Source: the human T2T-CHM13v2.0 reference genome, Homo sapiens
DNA: 64,000 nt
Assembly (NCBI RefSeq): GCF_009914755.1
Contig: NC_060937.1
Strand: one strand, 5' to 3'
Position 1 is the stretch's first letter; each line of letters begins with the position of its first letter. The translations under genes were made by a program, and so were the position numbers. Below are positions 1 to 14,503 of this stretch, one piece after another. The notes under the pieces were generated by a model. The model did no database searches and was not told the DNA's origin. It saw only the letters and a list, made by a program, of their open reading frames with translations.

Positions 1-236
1 CCCCTGAGCCTGAAACACTCTGGGTGACCAAATCCCATCTTTGGACTTGCAAACCTGAGGTCTGATCCTGTACCATGGTGACCTTATAAACCACCCCGAG
101 ACCTGTCTGAACAGCTAGTCAACCCTGACTCCATTATCCAAAACTCTCCTGTACCCACATGCCCTTCTTTACCCCACCAGATTGCAAATTCCTTTGAGAA
201 CAGGAGATACATCTTCCTATTTCTAGCTATGTGCTA

Positions 237-563
<327 letters not shown>

Positions 564-1259
564 TCAATGGAGACAGAAATAGGAACCTACCAATAACCAT
601 CCATTACTTGCATATAAGTTTTTTCTCCCTATTATTACAAAAAGTTATCTGGTCCATTATAGGAACTGACAAGGGAAGACTATAGCATGAGTGAGCACTC
701 TGTTTTAATTTCTCCACAGATTTTATGTATTAAAAGTCATATTCAGATAATCATCTACTTTATGCCAAACTAATTCACACTAAATTTCTGTAGTTTTATT
801 TATTTAGCTTATAGCGAAGTCCAAGTCAATACTAAGAGATTTATACTCCAAAAGCACTAAAGCCCTTCTCAACAATAAGTCAAGTTTTCTTTTTCATAGC
901 TGTGGCATTCTTTTCTACTTTTCTATCAGTTAAAATCATATTTCTGCTAAAAGATAGGTCTATATCCACTTTATATAGACCCAATGCCCAACATCATTTG
1001 AATGCCCAACATAAAGGTGGGCATTCATAGCATACCAGTCCTATGTCTATGTTTGGAAACAAGCCATTTCCATTCCGCTAATAAATCTGTACATTTGAAA
1101 AGGGAAAGGGGAAAAAACATTTCACACCATAATTAGTGTAATATGGTTCTGAAAATTAAACCTAAACATTGCTAGCATCTCACACAACTATTTGGATAGA
1201 AATCTTCACAGCACAAACATAATTTCAAAATAAAAGCCCTTTACCAAGGTATGCACCTG

Positions 1260-1342
1260 CAAGAAAGAAAAGGAAAAGAAAAAGAAAAAAAGAAAGATAG
1301 GTAGATAGATAGATAGATGATCGATAGACAGATAGGTAGATA
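1260..1342. repeat. A/G-rich tract followed by imperfect (GATA)n
   Basis: gaaaa units, then gatag gtagatagatagatagatgatcgatagacagataggtagata. Confidence 0.85.
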
Positions 1343-2149
1343 AAAGCCCTTTCCTAGCTATTATAACAGAAGGTAAATTATTTTCAGTCAATATTATTAC
1401 TTAGGTTAAACACGTAGCCTTTGACACTAAGAAATTCTTAGTTACCTTCAGCAAATATGGACAGGAGTCTTATAGGAAGTTCCACAAAATCACAGGCATA
1501 ATTAAAAAGGAAGAAAAAAGGGTGACATCCTTTCCCAAAGGGCTCATATGAGGATGCACAGATACCTGAGAGCCCCAGTCTCAATATTTATGGGACAGTT
1601 TTTTGTTTTGCTTTTTTTTTTTTTTTTAACAGAATGAGCTAGAAAAGCACAGAGTTGCTCCCAGAATAAAAAGAGTGAAATTTACAACTGTCTCCAAGTC
1701 TAGTTTGGAATGACAAATTTCAAATAGATCCTTTTTACTTAAAAAAAGAAAAGTTTTTTCCTCTTAGTTGAAATGATCTCCTCCAAACACTGGGGTTACG
1801 GTGATGTTTCTGAGCCACTGTGGGAAGCCACTTAGCCCTGGGCAGCAGGGCAGGCCCACCTAAAGGGAGCAAGTGGAGGTACCTGTTTCCTCACCTGGGC
1901 CGACCCCTGGGGCCTCTGGCATTTCCTGCTTCTATCATCACTCACTGCTCTCTCTGCAGCTTAAATGTGGAATCCCTCTCTCCTAACGACATTCCTGACC
2001 CCAACCTGGCCGGGGCTCTGTCTGGCCTCCATCAGTAGCAGCCAATACGTTACCCTGACCCCACTGAAGCTGGAGATTCTGAGAAGCTCATGTTTCAAAC
2101 CACAAGAAATGTGAAGCGAATCGTTTCATTCAACTTCTGATCTTAGAAT

Positions 2150-2290
2150 TTGAGAAATGATATTGGAAAGAGATTTGAGTTGAGAGCCAGGAAACCTGAG
2201 TCCTTACCCCAGCTCTGCCTCTAATTAGCTGTGCAGTCTTGGGGGATATTTGAACTTTCCACATCCACAGAACAGTCTTCTAGGATCTCT
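2150..2290 (+). mobile_element. MIR fragment
   Basis: Core motif cctgagtcc...cccagctctgcctctaattagctgtgcagtcttggg. Confidence 0.65.
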
Positions 2291-4296
2291 AGGTTTCCTT
2301 TGTGGTTTAAAAATCCCACAGTTCTGTGAATATGGAATTCTAAGTCTGTTCCTCTCAAATGGTTTATCTGAGTGCTGGAAATTGCTTTGTAAGAAACTAA
2401 AACATAAAAGGCATCCAGAAAAAAGAAAAAAGATGAATACCATATTTGCTTTGAATTACAGTTGCATTACCTTAATTATTTTTCTTTATGGAAAGAATCG
2501 TTGGGTAAAAGGCAGGGAAGATTCACTATGTAGATTTAAATAAATATAAGAGTGAGTATTAACAAAGATTTCTATTATTTTTCTAACCCTCTCAACTCAT
2601 GGCACTGGATTTTTTTTATCAATTACTTTACAATGGGCTTAAACTATGACAAAACAGCCCTCTTAATTCCTGGTGGGAAGTATGCAAATCCTTGGGATAT
2701 TTAAAACATCATATTTTATAAAATTTTAATTAAAAGACCAACAATAGGCCCACCCTTGCCCTGGGACCATATGAGCAATGAGCTAAAGACAATCTCCCAG
2801 AGAAGTGGGTGGGCTGTAACCTGAGCCAGCTGCTGGAACCAGTGACAAAGTGTCTCCACATCTCTGCTGCTCAAAGGTGCAGAGAGCTGGGAGTGTCCTC
2901 CCTCAACAGAGAAACAAACACCAGGGACAGCCCAAAAGGGGAGCACAGGCTCTGATGCAGGAAGAGATGGGGAGTACCCAGCAGCCTCCCAGGTAGTTCT
3001 CGAGAGCCAACCCGAGGAAAGGGGAGACCACAGCGCTCCAACTGAGACACTGAGTCAGGACAGGGGAAGATGCTTCTCTTCAGGAGGAAACTGTCAGTGA
3101 GAGCAGGACTGCAGACCTAGGGAGCTGGAGGGTAATTTCAGGGTACCTGGGGTCCTGCCTCTAAGATGGTCTGCTCTCTGAGGACTGAGGATGACCTAAA
3201 ATCAGAGAGAAGAAGGCCCGGGGTCCACAGTGACCACCTGTTAGAGAAGCCCAGCAGGCCTCAGACCCCATCAATTCCAGTCTACCCTTAGGCTAAACTG
3301 TGGAGCCATCAATCCTCTCTCCCCTCTTTGTAATCTCATGTAAAGCATCCATGCTTGTGCTTATTTTTGTGCTTGTTTTCATTTACTTAGAACTATCTCT
3401 TCAAACACCTGAGGACCTTATGCATTTGTCAGAGAAATAGTACTTGAATCTGCTGAAGGAAGGGCAAATCTTAGGGTGGGCCTGGGGCGGGGGCAAGGCA
3501 CAATATGCAGAGCTCAGGAGACGGACGGACCTGGATGCAGCCGAAAAGCAAAGCCCAGGAGGTTCGAGCAAGACTGAGCTCTTCAGGAGCATTCCCTGGG
3601 CCTGGCCCATCTCCCTCACTGAGTTAACCCTAGGTTCAATTGTTATTGTTCTCAGCTGGGCCAAATGGAGAGCATCCACGTCCATGTTCCAAAGTTATCT
3701 CTGATTGCAAACTACTCCCTCTTAGATGGCTCACAAGAGCTCCTTCCTTTTGTCTCTAGGCCTCAGCCAAACTGCATGGTGCCTCACGTCTCTGTAGAAT
3801 TATGTCCCTTTGATATCTGCTGGAAACCCCACTTGGTTGCACTGGTCTGTACATTAAATATTTTGTATCGAGTGCAGTATTAAACATTACTATTCAACAA
3901 TTCTGGGAACATCACTGAAACTTACTGAGCGCAGAGGTGATGAAACCTTTCCAAGTTATCTGGCAGATGCATTTGTTTCAGAGCACATGACTTGCTTTTT
4001 GAGAGGATTCAGTACCAAGCTAGACTGGAAACTAAAATTTACACAGGGCGTTCCCACATTTTACCTCACAATTCATGTCTTGGCAGTTAACCCACGATGT
4101 TCTATTAACGTCAGACAAATTCCATTTTCAGGCAAGCGTTGCCTAAAGAGCCTCGATGTTTAATTCCCTAATAATTAAGAAAAGGAGCAAAGCATAGGAC
4201 AGAGAGGCTGAAGAAGGAATTCCATTTAGGTTTCTGGAAGGGATTTAATGAAAGCCAATTCCCAAGGAACACATTTAAAACATTACAAGGGCTGAG

Positions 4297-4462
<166 letters not shown>

Positions 4463-4789
4463 GGGCTGAGTCTTGATACGAGCAGAGAATTATACATTTC
4501 TCATGGACTATTTGAGCCTAAGCTCACCTAACATAGATTCTATAATCCATCTTGTTGGTGGTCTTGAGGTGGGGGGGCCTTCTCTGCCTCTCTAACTGCT
4601 CCTCTTCACTGGCACCTGCATGGTCCCCCATTTCTTTCTCTGGTCCTTCAACAGTGCCACCCTTCACTCTGCCTGATGTCAAAGTACCCACAGCGATGCA
4701 CAAACCACAGTGCAGCACCCTAACTGGTAGGCCCACCTTCCCTCCATCATCCCTCTTATCTATTCTCTGCACACCTGCCATTTGTCTTT

Positions 4790-5165
4790 CTAAATCTCTC
4801 ATCTGATAGCATCATGCCTCAGCTGAAATTCTTTCAGTGACGCCTCATTGCCACCAGAATAAAATCCAAACTCCTCAGCATGACCGAAGACCTTTTGTGA
4901 CCAACCGTACTAACTTTTCTGGACTCTTCTGCCCTTCTCCAACAGTCCAGCAACATGGACTATTTCTGATTCCCTAATGCACCAGGCCCCTCTGACTGAC
5001 ACCAAGTTGCTCAGACTGGTCTCAGGAACACGTACCATTCTGCTAAGATTACTCAAAGATACTTCTGTGTCTCCTGCCTGACTTGAGAATCTGACCATGT
5101 TATTCATCTTTAATTCTCCAATACCCAGCAGAACACCTGGCACAAGATGAATGTTGCTGAGTAAA
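4790..5165 (+). mobile_element. L2 3' region
   Basis: aataaaatccaaactcctcagcatg...acctggcaca...tgttgctgagtaaat, the typical L2 3' end. Confidence 0.65.
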
Positions 5166-6118
5166 TGGGAAGTTGGGACTTTAAAAGAGGGACTGCACAA
5201 TTTAGTTGTGAGATCACATGAGGTTCCAAATGAGACAGCGTCTCAGCAACACGTGAGACTTTAGACAGTTCCTTTCACCAAATAATGTACTGCTTCCTGA
5301 AAAGTCAGATTTCAGTAGACTTTGAGAGTCATATGAATTTCATTCTGCCACCTTCTCAAATCCCTTAAATGGAAGAGCACACGATTGTTTATTAAAATGC
5401 AGTAAACTAAATAACATAAATGTTCAGAACCCTTAATAACTAGTTATGAATTAAGTGCATTTTTGTAAAGAATTATATATTTTTTTGGTCTTACAAAGAA
5501 GCAATTTTAAAATCACTTGCTAAGTACTACTGCACAGCTGAGGACAGGAGAGTTACCCAGAAAACCAGGAGTAGCCTTGTGGTCATTTGGGGCCCACGTG
5601 GTATGTCTGCCTTCCCATTTAGTAAGGGATTGAGCCTGCTGAACAACTAAAGTTGAGGATGGCAACTAAAAACAGCCTCCTCAAAAATAAAATGACATTC
5701 CCTAGAGGCGAGAATAGAGGCTGTAATAAGCTCCCTAGTAACCTGGCGTCTGCCAAGCAATGGAAGGGCAGTAGCAAGGGCGTGCAGAGCTCTCCTGGAT
5801 GGTAGTTATCTCTTTGGATTCTCAAACATCTGTGAGAACCAAATTTTAGGGGAAATATCATCACTGAATTACAGATTAAGAAAAGTGAGTTTTAGGAAGG
5901 TTTATCACTTATGAAAGGATCAGAGTAATAAGAGACAGACCTGAGTTAAAACCCCTGTGGACATACGACTAAATCTTGGGTCCTGTCACTACCTCTAGTG
6001 TCTAAAGCACCTACCAACTCTTTCATGTGCATTGCACTCAACCTTGAGGTAGGTGTAAGTAAGTGTACTTTCTTTACTTTCTTTTGTTTTCCAGTTGTCT
6101 GTATGTGTCTCTGGTTAT

Positions 6119-6435
<317 letters not shown>

Positions 6436-6538
6436 TGGTTGTCTTTCTTTAGAATTCTATTTTAGTTGCTAAAAGGACCATAATTCTGTGTGAACATCTA
6501 GCACAGTGGATATGCTTCAAGTTAAAACATGTCCATCA

Positions 6539-6868
6539 CAGTTACGTGTTGCATAACGCTAGAGATACATTCTGAGAAATGCATCATTGGGTGACTTTGT
6601 CCTTGTGCAGACTTGATAAAGTGTACTTACACAAACCTAGATGGTATAGCCTACCACACACCTAGGCTATAGGGTGTAGCCTATTGCTCCTAGGCCACAT
6701 ACCTGTACAACATGGGACTGTGCTGACTACTGTAGGGAGACGTAACACAATGGAAGTATGTGTGTACCTACACATATCTACACACGGAAAAGGTATGGTA
6801 AAATACAGCATTATAATTTGATGGGACCACCACTGTTGACTGAAAGGTCATTATGCAGTGCATGACTG
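6539..6868 (-). mobile_element. Tigger3a/MER7-type TcMar DNA transposon fossil
   Basis: TIRs cagttacgtg...catgactg followed by TA; internal acttacacaaacctagatggtatagcctac. Confidence 0.85.
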
Positions 6869-9619
6869 TATTTATACATCTCGATACACCAGTGAACTTT
6901 CCTTCGGGACTTGTCTTAGGAAGACATACTCCCTACTGTGCCACCCATCATCCATATGTAAGGTTTCACTTATGCACTGAGTATAATTTCACTCAAATCC
7001 CTCTGAGTTGACCAGCGCCACACTGCTCCTGTCAGAGCAGCATTTCAGCTCCTGGGCTGCCATCCAGAGCCTTACTTCAAACACAGCGGAGAGTCAGCTT
7101 TGTAGATATAATGCTAAGCAGATGGGGAAGGCACTGTGACTCAAGACTTCTGACATCAGGGGACTTTGATAAACTTACTGAATCTGTCCTCTTTGGATCT
7201 CATGCACACACTCAAGGGTGTTGCTCAAACCCATGTGGGACACACTCAATATTATCTAGGTTCTTCTAGGCAACCCTGGTAGAAAAAGGCAGAGATACAG
7301 ACATAGCTGGACTTGTTTTTGTTTTAGGAACCATAGAGATTTTGTGCCTGGTCATACGTTAAATGACATCTAGGAATTCTAAGGCCAAAACCTGGATTTC
7401 CATTTCCTTTAAGGACTCTTCGTTTGTGTGTGTTCGTTTTTGCATGCAAATTTACTGTCTACTTTACTTCTACTCCCATGATTTGCCACCTTGAGATATG
7501 CTCTAATGACCTCAAAGGCCACTGGTGCCAAGATCTCATATCCATTCATTTGTGTAATACCTATTAAGTGTCTACTATGGATAAAATACTATTGTAGGAA
7601 TGTTGGCAAATGTAAACATGAATTTTCAAAAAACTATGGTTTACAATTTAAAAAAAAATTACAGCTTTCTAGTCTCATGGAGGCTTTATTTTCTATTTAG
7701 GGGAAAAAAAGCAGTTTCATAGTTACAAATAATCATAATAAAGAGGGATAGGGGATGAATGCTAGAGACACAGTATATACTTCATAAATTTCCATCTGAT
7801 TAAGCTACCCCTGACGGAAGATATCATCCTTAGTTCAAATCTTCCTCTATCCATGCCTGTTGATTACCTTTAATATCCTAAGACATATACACTAATCACA
7901 TAGATAAAATTGTCCTTCTATGCCTCATTGGTTTGCAAATATGGTCTGCATTTATCCAATTCCACCAATTGTAGAATTTTACCATTCTCTCTGACATATT
8001 TAAAATGTCAGCTAAATGTTATTTTAAAAAGAAAAGAAGAATGTGACCTCTCATGGGGAACACAAACATACAATGATGGACTACTGGGTTCATCAATATC
8101 CTTCATTCAGGATAAGAGAATAACATCTTACATTTACTTGATGTATACAGGTGGTATTTCATACGTGTGTGCTCTCTTTGTTCTAGTTACATGTGTAGTT
8201 AATGTCAACTACCCACTTAATCCTAGGTTTTCCTGAGCACAATATGGAGCAAAAATCACGTCACAGTGTCCACTATATGAGAAAAAAAAAAAAAAAAAAA
8301 AAGCTACTACCCTCAGCAGGCTGAGGAAAAAAAAAATAAAGAAAATGATGAAATACTTTGTAAGCATAAAAATCAACACACTGATCTTGTACCCTAACTG
8401 TTTCAGCAGGAGGCATCATGGTTCCGCTGAGTTCTCTGGCTCCTGAGGGCACCATTACACTGTGTTCCATGTGTGTGTCCTGCTCCCGCATAACATGTTC
8501 AATCACATCCCCTACAGTCCTATGCCAGGGCACATGGGGACACAGCTGCCCACACACCCTCCCCTGCCTGTAACAGTTCATGGGGATGCAGAGGGATACC
8601 CTGGGAACAGCGAGGAAGGCGGGAGAACCCTTTGAGGTGCCAATCAGCTGAACCTCACTTAAGGACAGCGGGGTCATGACCAGATCATCCTCCTAGCCTA
8701 TCAGGCCTCCACCTTCATTTAGAAAGGCTGGCACAAATACAAAGTTAATTATGCTTCCCCAATATGTTTCTGTGGTTGCTGATTTGGACTCAGGCATAGA
8801 AGATATTTTTCAGAAGCAGTTTTCATCTTTAACACTTCCTTCAGTTTAGGAAAATAACACTGAATTTGCACAGTCCAATGCTGATCTTCTTGAAGTTTGG
8901 TGAGCTAAGCAAGATGGTTTTAAACAAATTAAAGAACAAATGAATCAGTCAAGGAAACAATGATTCTAAATGTTTGTAAATCACTTCCTTTTCCTACAAT
9001 ATTTCTAATAAGAAAGCTTATAACATACATCTTCCAGGGACCTGGGAATCCAGCTCAAGCTTAAATGCTCAAAATAGCCACTTGAAGAGCTCTACCCTTA
9101 ACTTCGTATTTCAATTTGATATTATATCTGATTGACGTTTAGTAGGCCTGGTAAGTGGGCTGAATGTACATCTACGATTTTCTGAATTTCTTCCAAATGA
9201 TTTAATGCTTTGTTACATGCTGATTCTCCTCACCCAAGAGCCGTCTAAAGTCACTCCACCATGGTCCATGTTGTCACTACACCTTCCTCCCGTGAGCTCT
9301 CAGACACTGACATGTCCCTTCCCTGAGTGTGCCCTGGTACTCCTCAAACTACCCCACACCAAGTATTTTTGCTCTTTCCTCCTCTGGGCCCTCTAGTGTC
9401 TTCTTTTCCCAGTCCAGGGTCCACCTCCAAAGACTCTCCAGCCTTGACTCCCTGGGAGGTCATTTTAGGACCTTGGGTCACTCACTCTCACCTACATCCT
9501 GCCACCATCACAGCCATCCATCCTCTGCTTTCTCTTCTCTATTCCCAGGTGACTGACATTTCCAACAAGGCTAATTGTTTTCACTGAAATCTTAAGTGGA
9601 AAGACCCCCCTCTTGGTTG

Positions 9620-10270
9620 ATAATTCATTTGTTTAATTCTACAAATATTTATTGAATATCTACCACTTGTTCTACATGCTTAAAAACTAAGATCCCTGCC
9701 TCCTGGAGTTTACATAAGAAGCAAGAACATATACCAGTGTGAGAGGCTGTTAAGAGACAGGGAGAGAAAAAAAGAAATCAGAGCAAGGTAGAGAGGACCA
9801 GCAAGGCCAAAGAGGGGTGGAGCTGTAGCAGTCAGCAACAGCCTCATTGCAAAGGTCAGATTTGGAAAAAGGTTTGCAGGGGGCAAGAGATAGCCAGGTA
9901 AAGAATTTCCAGGGACAGGATAGGTCCCAAGCCTCGCGGGGGAGACAGGAGCCCAAAGAGGCCAGTGTGGCTGCAGACAGACAGCGGATGGTGAGAGAGG
10001 CGGGCTGGGAGAAGGCCTGGGAGTAAATGGGAAACAAGATCACAGGGACCCTTGGGCCACTGTAAGGCCTTTGCTGGGGGATTCTGAACACAGGAATGAT
10101 ATCCTCTGACTCACTTTTTAAACAGTCTCTCTAGCTACACTGTTAGGACAGACTGGAAGAGGGCAAGGAGAGAACCCAGAAGACTTGAGAGGAGTCTCTC
10201 GCATTAATCCAGGTAAGAGGGACAGACAAAGGCTGTGGCGATGGTTCCAACAGGGGGAGAACAAGCTGGT
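9620..10270 (-). mobile_element. L2 fragment
   Basis: attcatt...caaatatttattgaa (reverse L2 tail), followed by a purine-rich L2 body. Confidence 0.7.
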
Positions 10271-11407
10271 GAGACGTGACTCCCCCTGCCACTCTCCATG
10301 GCCTGCTTTCCAAACCCTTACTCACCCAAGCTCCCCCTGCCCCAGGCCAGCCTGACATTAGCTCCCTCAGCACAATCTGCCGCTACACTTCTCAATACGC
10401 AATGCTCTCCTTCCATTTGGAGCTGGCAGTATTTCTCCTTCCTCAACTCCTCCTCTAAAAGACCCTCAATTCCCTCCCCAGAGACCCCATGCGGAACCCT
10501 GCTTCAAAACTCAGACCACATTATCCTATATCTTCGATCTCTTCTCCATGCCTGGGTTTCACCCTTCTCAGCTCATTCTTGCTTTCCCAATCCTGGTAAA
10601 ACCTCCCGCAGACCTTGTCACTGCTCTGAGCCACTCTGATTTCTTCTTTCTGTTTCCAGCTTACTCTAACCTGTGTCTCCCCACTCACTTCTTTACCCCT
10701 TCCTGGTCACCAACTCCACAGCCCTTTCCTGGGACCTCCCTAGCCATGGAGAGACTGTCTGCCCTCTCTGCCTGCCTTCTTCCAACTCTTCTTCTCCATT
10801 TCCTGGTTCTTATCCTAACTTCTGTCTCTGCTTCCCCTGCTTTTTCCTAAATGAAGGCACTAGCCCAGGCTTCAGTCCGTCATGCTCTCGGCCCCTTTCA
10901 TGCCTGTCTCACTTTTCTGTGGATGAGTCCAGATCTTCCTTTTTAAACACTTCTCTCAGGGCTGGACTTCTGCGTTTCCAGCCACTTCAAGAGCTGACAG
11001 CACTTGAGTGTTCCACTAAACTCTCAAATAATACTGCCACAGTAGATTCCCATGGGACTAGATTTATGTCATGACACTGGTCCTAGTCCCCTGCTTATTA
11101 AGACATACCTTTATCTCCTCTCCTAAGTTATGAGCATTTTGAAAGCAAGGATCCTAGCTTATCTTTATGATTCCAAGCACCTCACAAAGCTGAGTCCTTT
11201 CACAAGTCGTTTAAGAATAAACATAAGTTAAATAAATATACCCTTAAGCTCAGCTGATCAGTGCTACCTGAAAAGTAAGCTTTTCTTTTTAAGGACTATG
11301 TGATGATAATTAAAAAAAAAAATCAATCACTATTTCCTGTAAAAGGCATTACTTGAACTAGAATTAAAATTCTCATATCCTCAAGGTTTAGATGTGTCTA
11401 TTCAGAA

Positions 11408-11705
11408 TTTTTTTTTTTTTTTTTTGAGACGGACTTTCACTCTCATTGCTTAGGCTGGGGTTGCAGTGGCACAATCTTGGCTCACTGTAACCTCCGCCTC
11501 CCGGGTTCAAGTGTCCTGCCTCATCCTCCCAAGTAGCTGGGATTACAGGCGCCCGCCACTACGCCCAGATAATTTTTGTATTTTTGGTAGAGACAGGGTT
11601 TCACCATGTTGGCCAGGCTGGTCTCAAACTCCTGACCTCAGGTAATCTGCCCGCCTCAGCCTCCCAAAGTGCTAGGATTACAGGCGTGAGCCACTGCACC
11701 CGGCC
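11408..11705 (-). mobile_element. AluS-type
   Basis: Full dimer with T tract; cctgacctcaggt. Confidence 0.92.
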
Positions 11706-12435
11706 CAGAAATATAATTTATCCAGATTTTTCAGTTAGGTCTAAGCCTAGACATGAACTAATATCCCACAAACCACAATGTTCACAGAAAGTTACACTGT
11801 TGGCCACTGAATTCTTACTGATGAGAATTTTGAGGAATTTATGAAAAGAACACTTTTCAATAAAAAGCCAAAAACAAAGTATTGAGGGTTTTTTTCTTTT
11901 GGCTCTATATAAGAAAAGAGTGAGGACAAAACATCGTGAAAAATAAGTTTTTTTCTTTTCAAAAGGACAGATGGGAAATGAGATCAGGGACTTCCAGGCC
12001 TTTGTAAGCAGCAGGCACAGCTTCCTCTCCATGTCAGTGATTTGTAGATCATTATCAGTCTCATGTAAGTAGAAGAGGAAAAGAACCAGAGGAAAAATAA
12101 AACTCAGGATGTTATTGAAAGGGAAATAGAGTAACCACATTTTTCTGTACAATGCTGAGAACACTCTAGGATTCTCCTGTATTCAAACATTTCCAAAAAG
12201 TAAAATTTCTAGGATTGTCAATTTTGAATAATCTTTGACCTGCACTCCTATCCTTTCTTTTCAATTCTCTTGCTAAGACATTTATATAGGTAATACACCA
12301 TGAATATCAGTGGGAAAAGCACCTAAGGACTCACTCCTCAACCTGATTTTGCAAACAGTTCTAAGGATGACAACAGTTTCCCACCCATAAATATAGCACA
12401 GAAATCCTATAACGAAATCCTATGCTTTTTAAAAA

Positions 12436-12980
12436 TCATTATTTTAAATACATAAAACACAAAATATACCATCTTAACCATTTTTAAGTGTACAGTTCAA
12501 TGGCATTAAGTACATTCTCATTTTTCAACCATCACCACCATCCATCTCCAAAACTCTTTTCATCTTTCCAACTGCGTCTCTGTTCCCATTGAACAATAAC
12601 TCCCCATTGCTCCCCACCTCCATCCCTAGTAACCAGCATTCTACTTTCTGCCTCTAATGAATTTGATTCTTTAGGGACCTTACATAGGTGGAATTGAACA
12701 GTATTTGTCCTTCTGTCACTGGCTTATCCACTGAGCATAACCTCCTCAGGGTCCATCCATATTGTAACATGGGACAGGAGTTTCTTCCCTTTTCAGGCTG
12801 AATAATATTCCATTTTTTGTAAACACCACATTTTCTTTCTCCATTTATCCCTCGATGGACACTTGGGTTGCTTCCCGCTTTCGGCTACTGTAAATAATGC
12901 TGATCTCAATAGGGGTGAACAAATCTCTCTTTGAGTCCCTGCTTCCAAGTCTTTGGGGCATATATCCAGAAGTGGTATAC
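12436..12980 (-). mobile_element. Old L1 (L1M) 3' end
   Basis: accatcttaaccatttttaagtgtacagttca...gctgaataatattccatt...gatggacacttgggttgcttcc. Confidence 0.85.
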
Positions 12981-12987
12981 AACATGC

Positions 12988-14503
12988 TTTGAGACAGGGT
13001 TTCCCTCTGTCACCCAGGCTGGACCGCAGCAGCACAATCATGGCTCACTGCAGCCTCAACCTGTTGGGCTCAAGTGATCCTCCCACCTCAGCCTCCCAAG
13101 TCGCTGGGACCACAGGTTTGCGCCACCATGCCCGGCTAATTTTTTCTTTTTTTCCAGAGACAACTGAGTATTTATTTTTGTACCTTTCTTCCTATGTGTA
13201 TTTCAAGTCTTCAAAACAAGGCCCCAGGAACCTCCAGACTCAATTATGCCCCTGGGCTTGGTCCACTGTTACAGGAGTCTTACAGAGCCTTGTACATAGC
13301 TTGAGTTACTCATTCACAATAATAAACCATAAGACAAAAGATGCAACTAAGCAGAACTCCCTCCTCCATTCCTCCATGGCAGATGCTGATTTCAGATGAG
13401 GGGGCAGCCAATGTAGAAAACATTGGAATTTTTCCTTGGAAATGACTGTGATGAGAGGTGTCTGCCATGAACATCACCTACTGTCTTTTCTTCGACCCTT
13501 CCTTTCCAGTTTTTGAAGATTAAGCAGGAAATAATCTTATCTGAAGATACTTGATAATAATTCCAAAAAAACCCAAAACACACGCTTCCACTACACTGTG
13601 CTTTCAGATATTCTGGGTTGGGTTCAGCTGGTGGATGAGCTGATTGATGTGTTCACCCCAGGTGAGGCCATCTCCTTGAGGAAGCCCACTCTATTCTTGG
13701 TAGCATGATGGGCCACCGAGAGGTGGAAAGGGTGCAAGACCCATGAGATCTCCTGGAAATACTTCCCTGGGAAGGCAATTTCATGTATGAGGTCTCCCAG
13801 GCAAATGACACCAAACTCCCCCAGGTGCTCCTCAATTGCTGTGCTGTCTGTCAGAGGGATGGTCTCATTCTTGACCTTGGCTTGTTCATGTTTCAAAATG
13901 AGTTCTTGGACAGACTTTAGATTGGAAATCCCCAGTTCACATAAGGTTCTACTATAAGCAACATTTTAGGCTCTTTGGGGTGACTTTTACAAAGATACCA
14001 CTGAAAATTTTCTTCAGGCAAAGTCTTGCAATGGTTCTCTGCACCAGTGAAGTCACACCATTAATTCTTTGGATGCGTAAAACAAAGGCCAAGGAATGTT
14101 TATCTGGCAATTCCAAGGCATGAGGTTTCACTTCTAGTTGTCTGAGATGCAGCTTGTCGTGTTTCTGCCACGAGGAATCATATAGGAATGATTCCAGTCG
14201 CTTAAACCTGAGCTGTTTTCCTTTCTTCTGCTCCTTCTTTGCTAAAAGTGCCTGCTTTGCCTGAGTGGCTTTGAGGGCTTGATAAGCCTTCCTCTTTTTC
14301 AGATTTTCTAGAACCAAAGGGATTTTTCTTTGCTCTTGCTCTGCCATCTTTCTAGTATCTAATATTTTTTAAATTTATTTTTTGTAGAGACGAGGTCTTG
14401 CTGTGCTGTCCAGGGTGGTCTTGAACTTCTAGGCTTAAGCAATCCTCCCACCTTGGTCACCCAAAGTGCTGGGGTTACAGGCGTGAGCCAACGAACCCGG
14501 CCC
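12988..14503 (-). mobile_element. AluJ split by the RPL7L1 retrocopy (right arm 12988-13140, left arm ~14359-14503)
   Basis: Right arm ends cccggctaat; left arm resumes ...tttttgtagagacgaggtc and ends cccggcc. Confidence 0.85.
13141..14357 (-). pseudogene. RPL7L1 (60S ribosomal protein L7-like 1) processed pseudogene
   Basis: ORFs 13952..14347 ([12 protein letters not shown]...[15 protein letters not shown]) and 13624..13896 ([13 protein letters not shown]...[11 protein letters not shown]) are consecutive parts of RPL7L1; intronless; frameshifts near 13965 and 13660; 3'UTR with AATAAA at 13176-13171, then an A-rich tail at 13153-13141. Confidence 0.95.
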
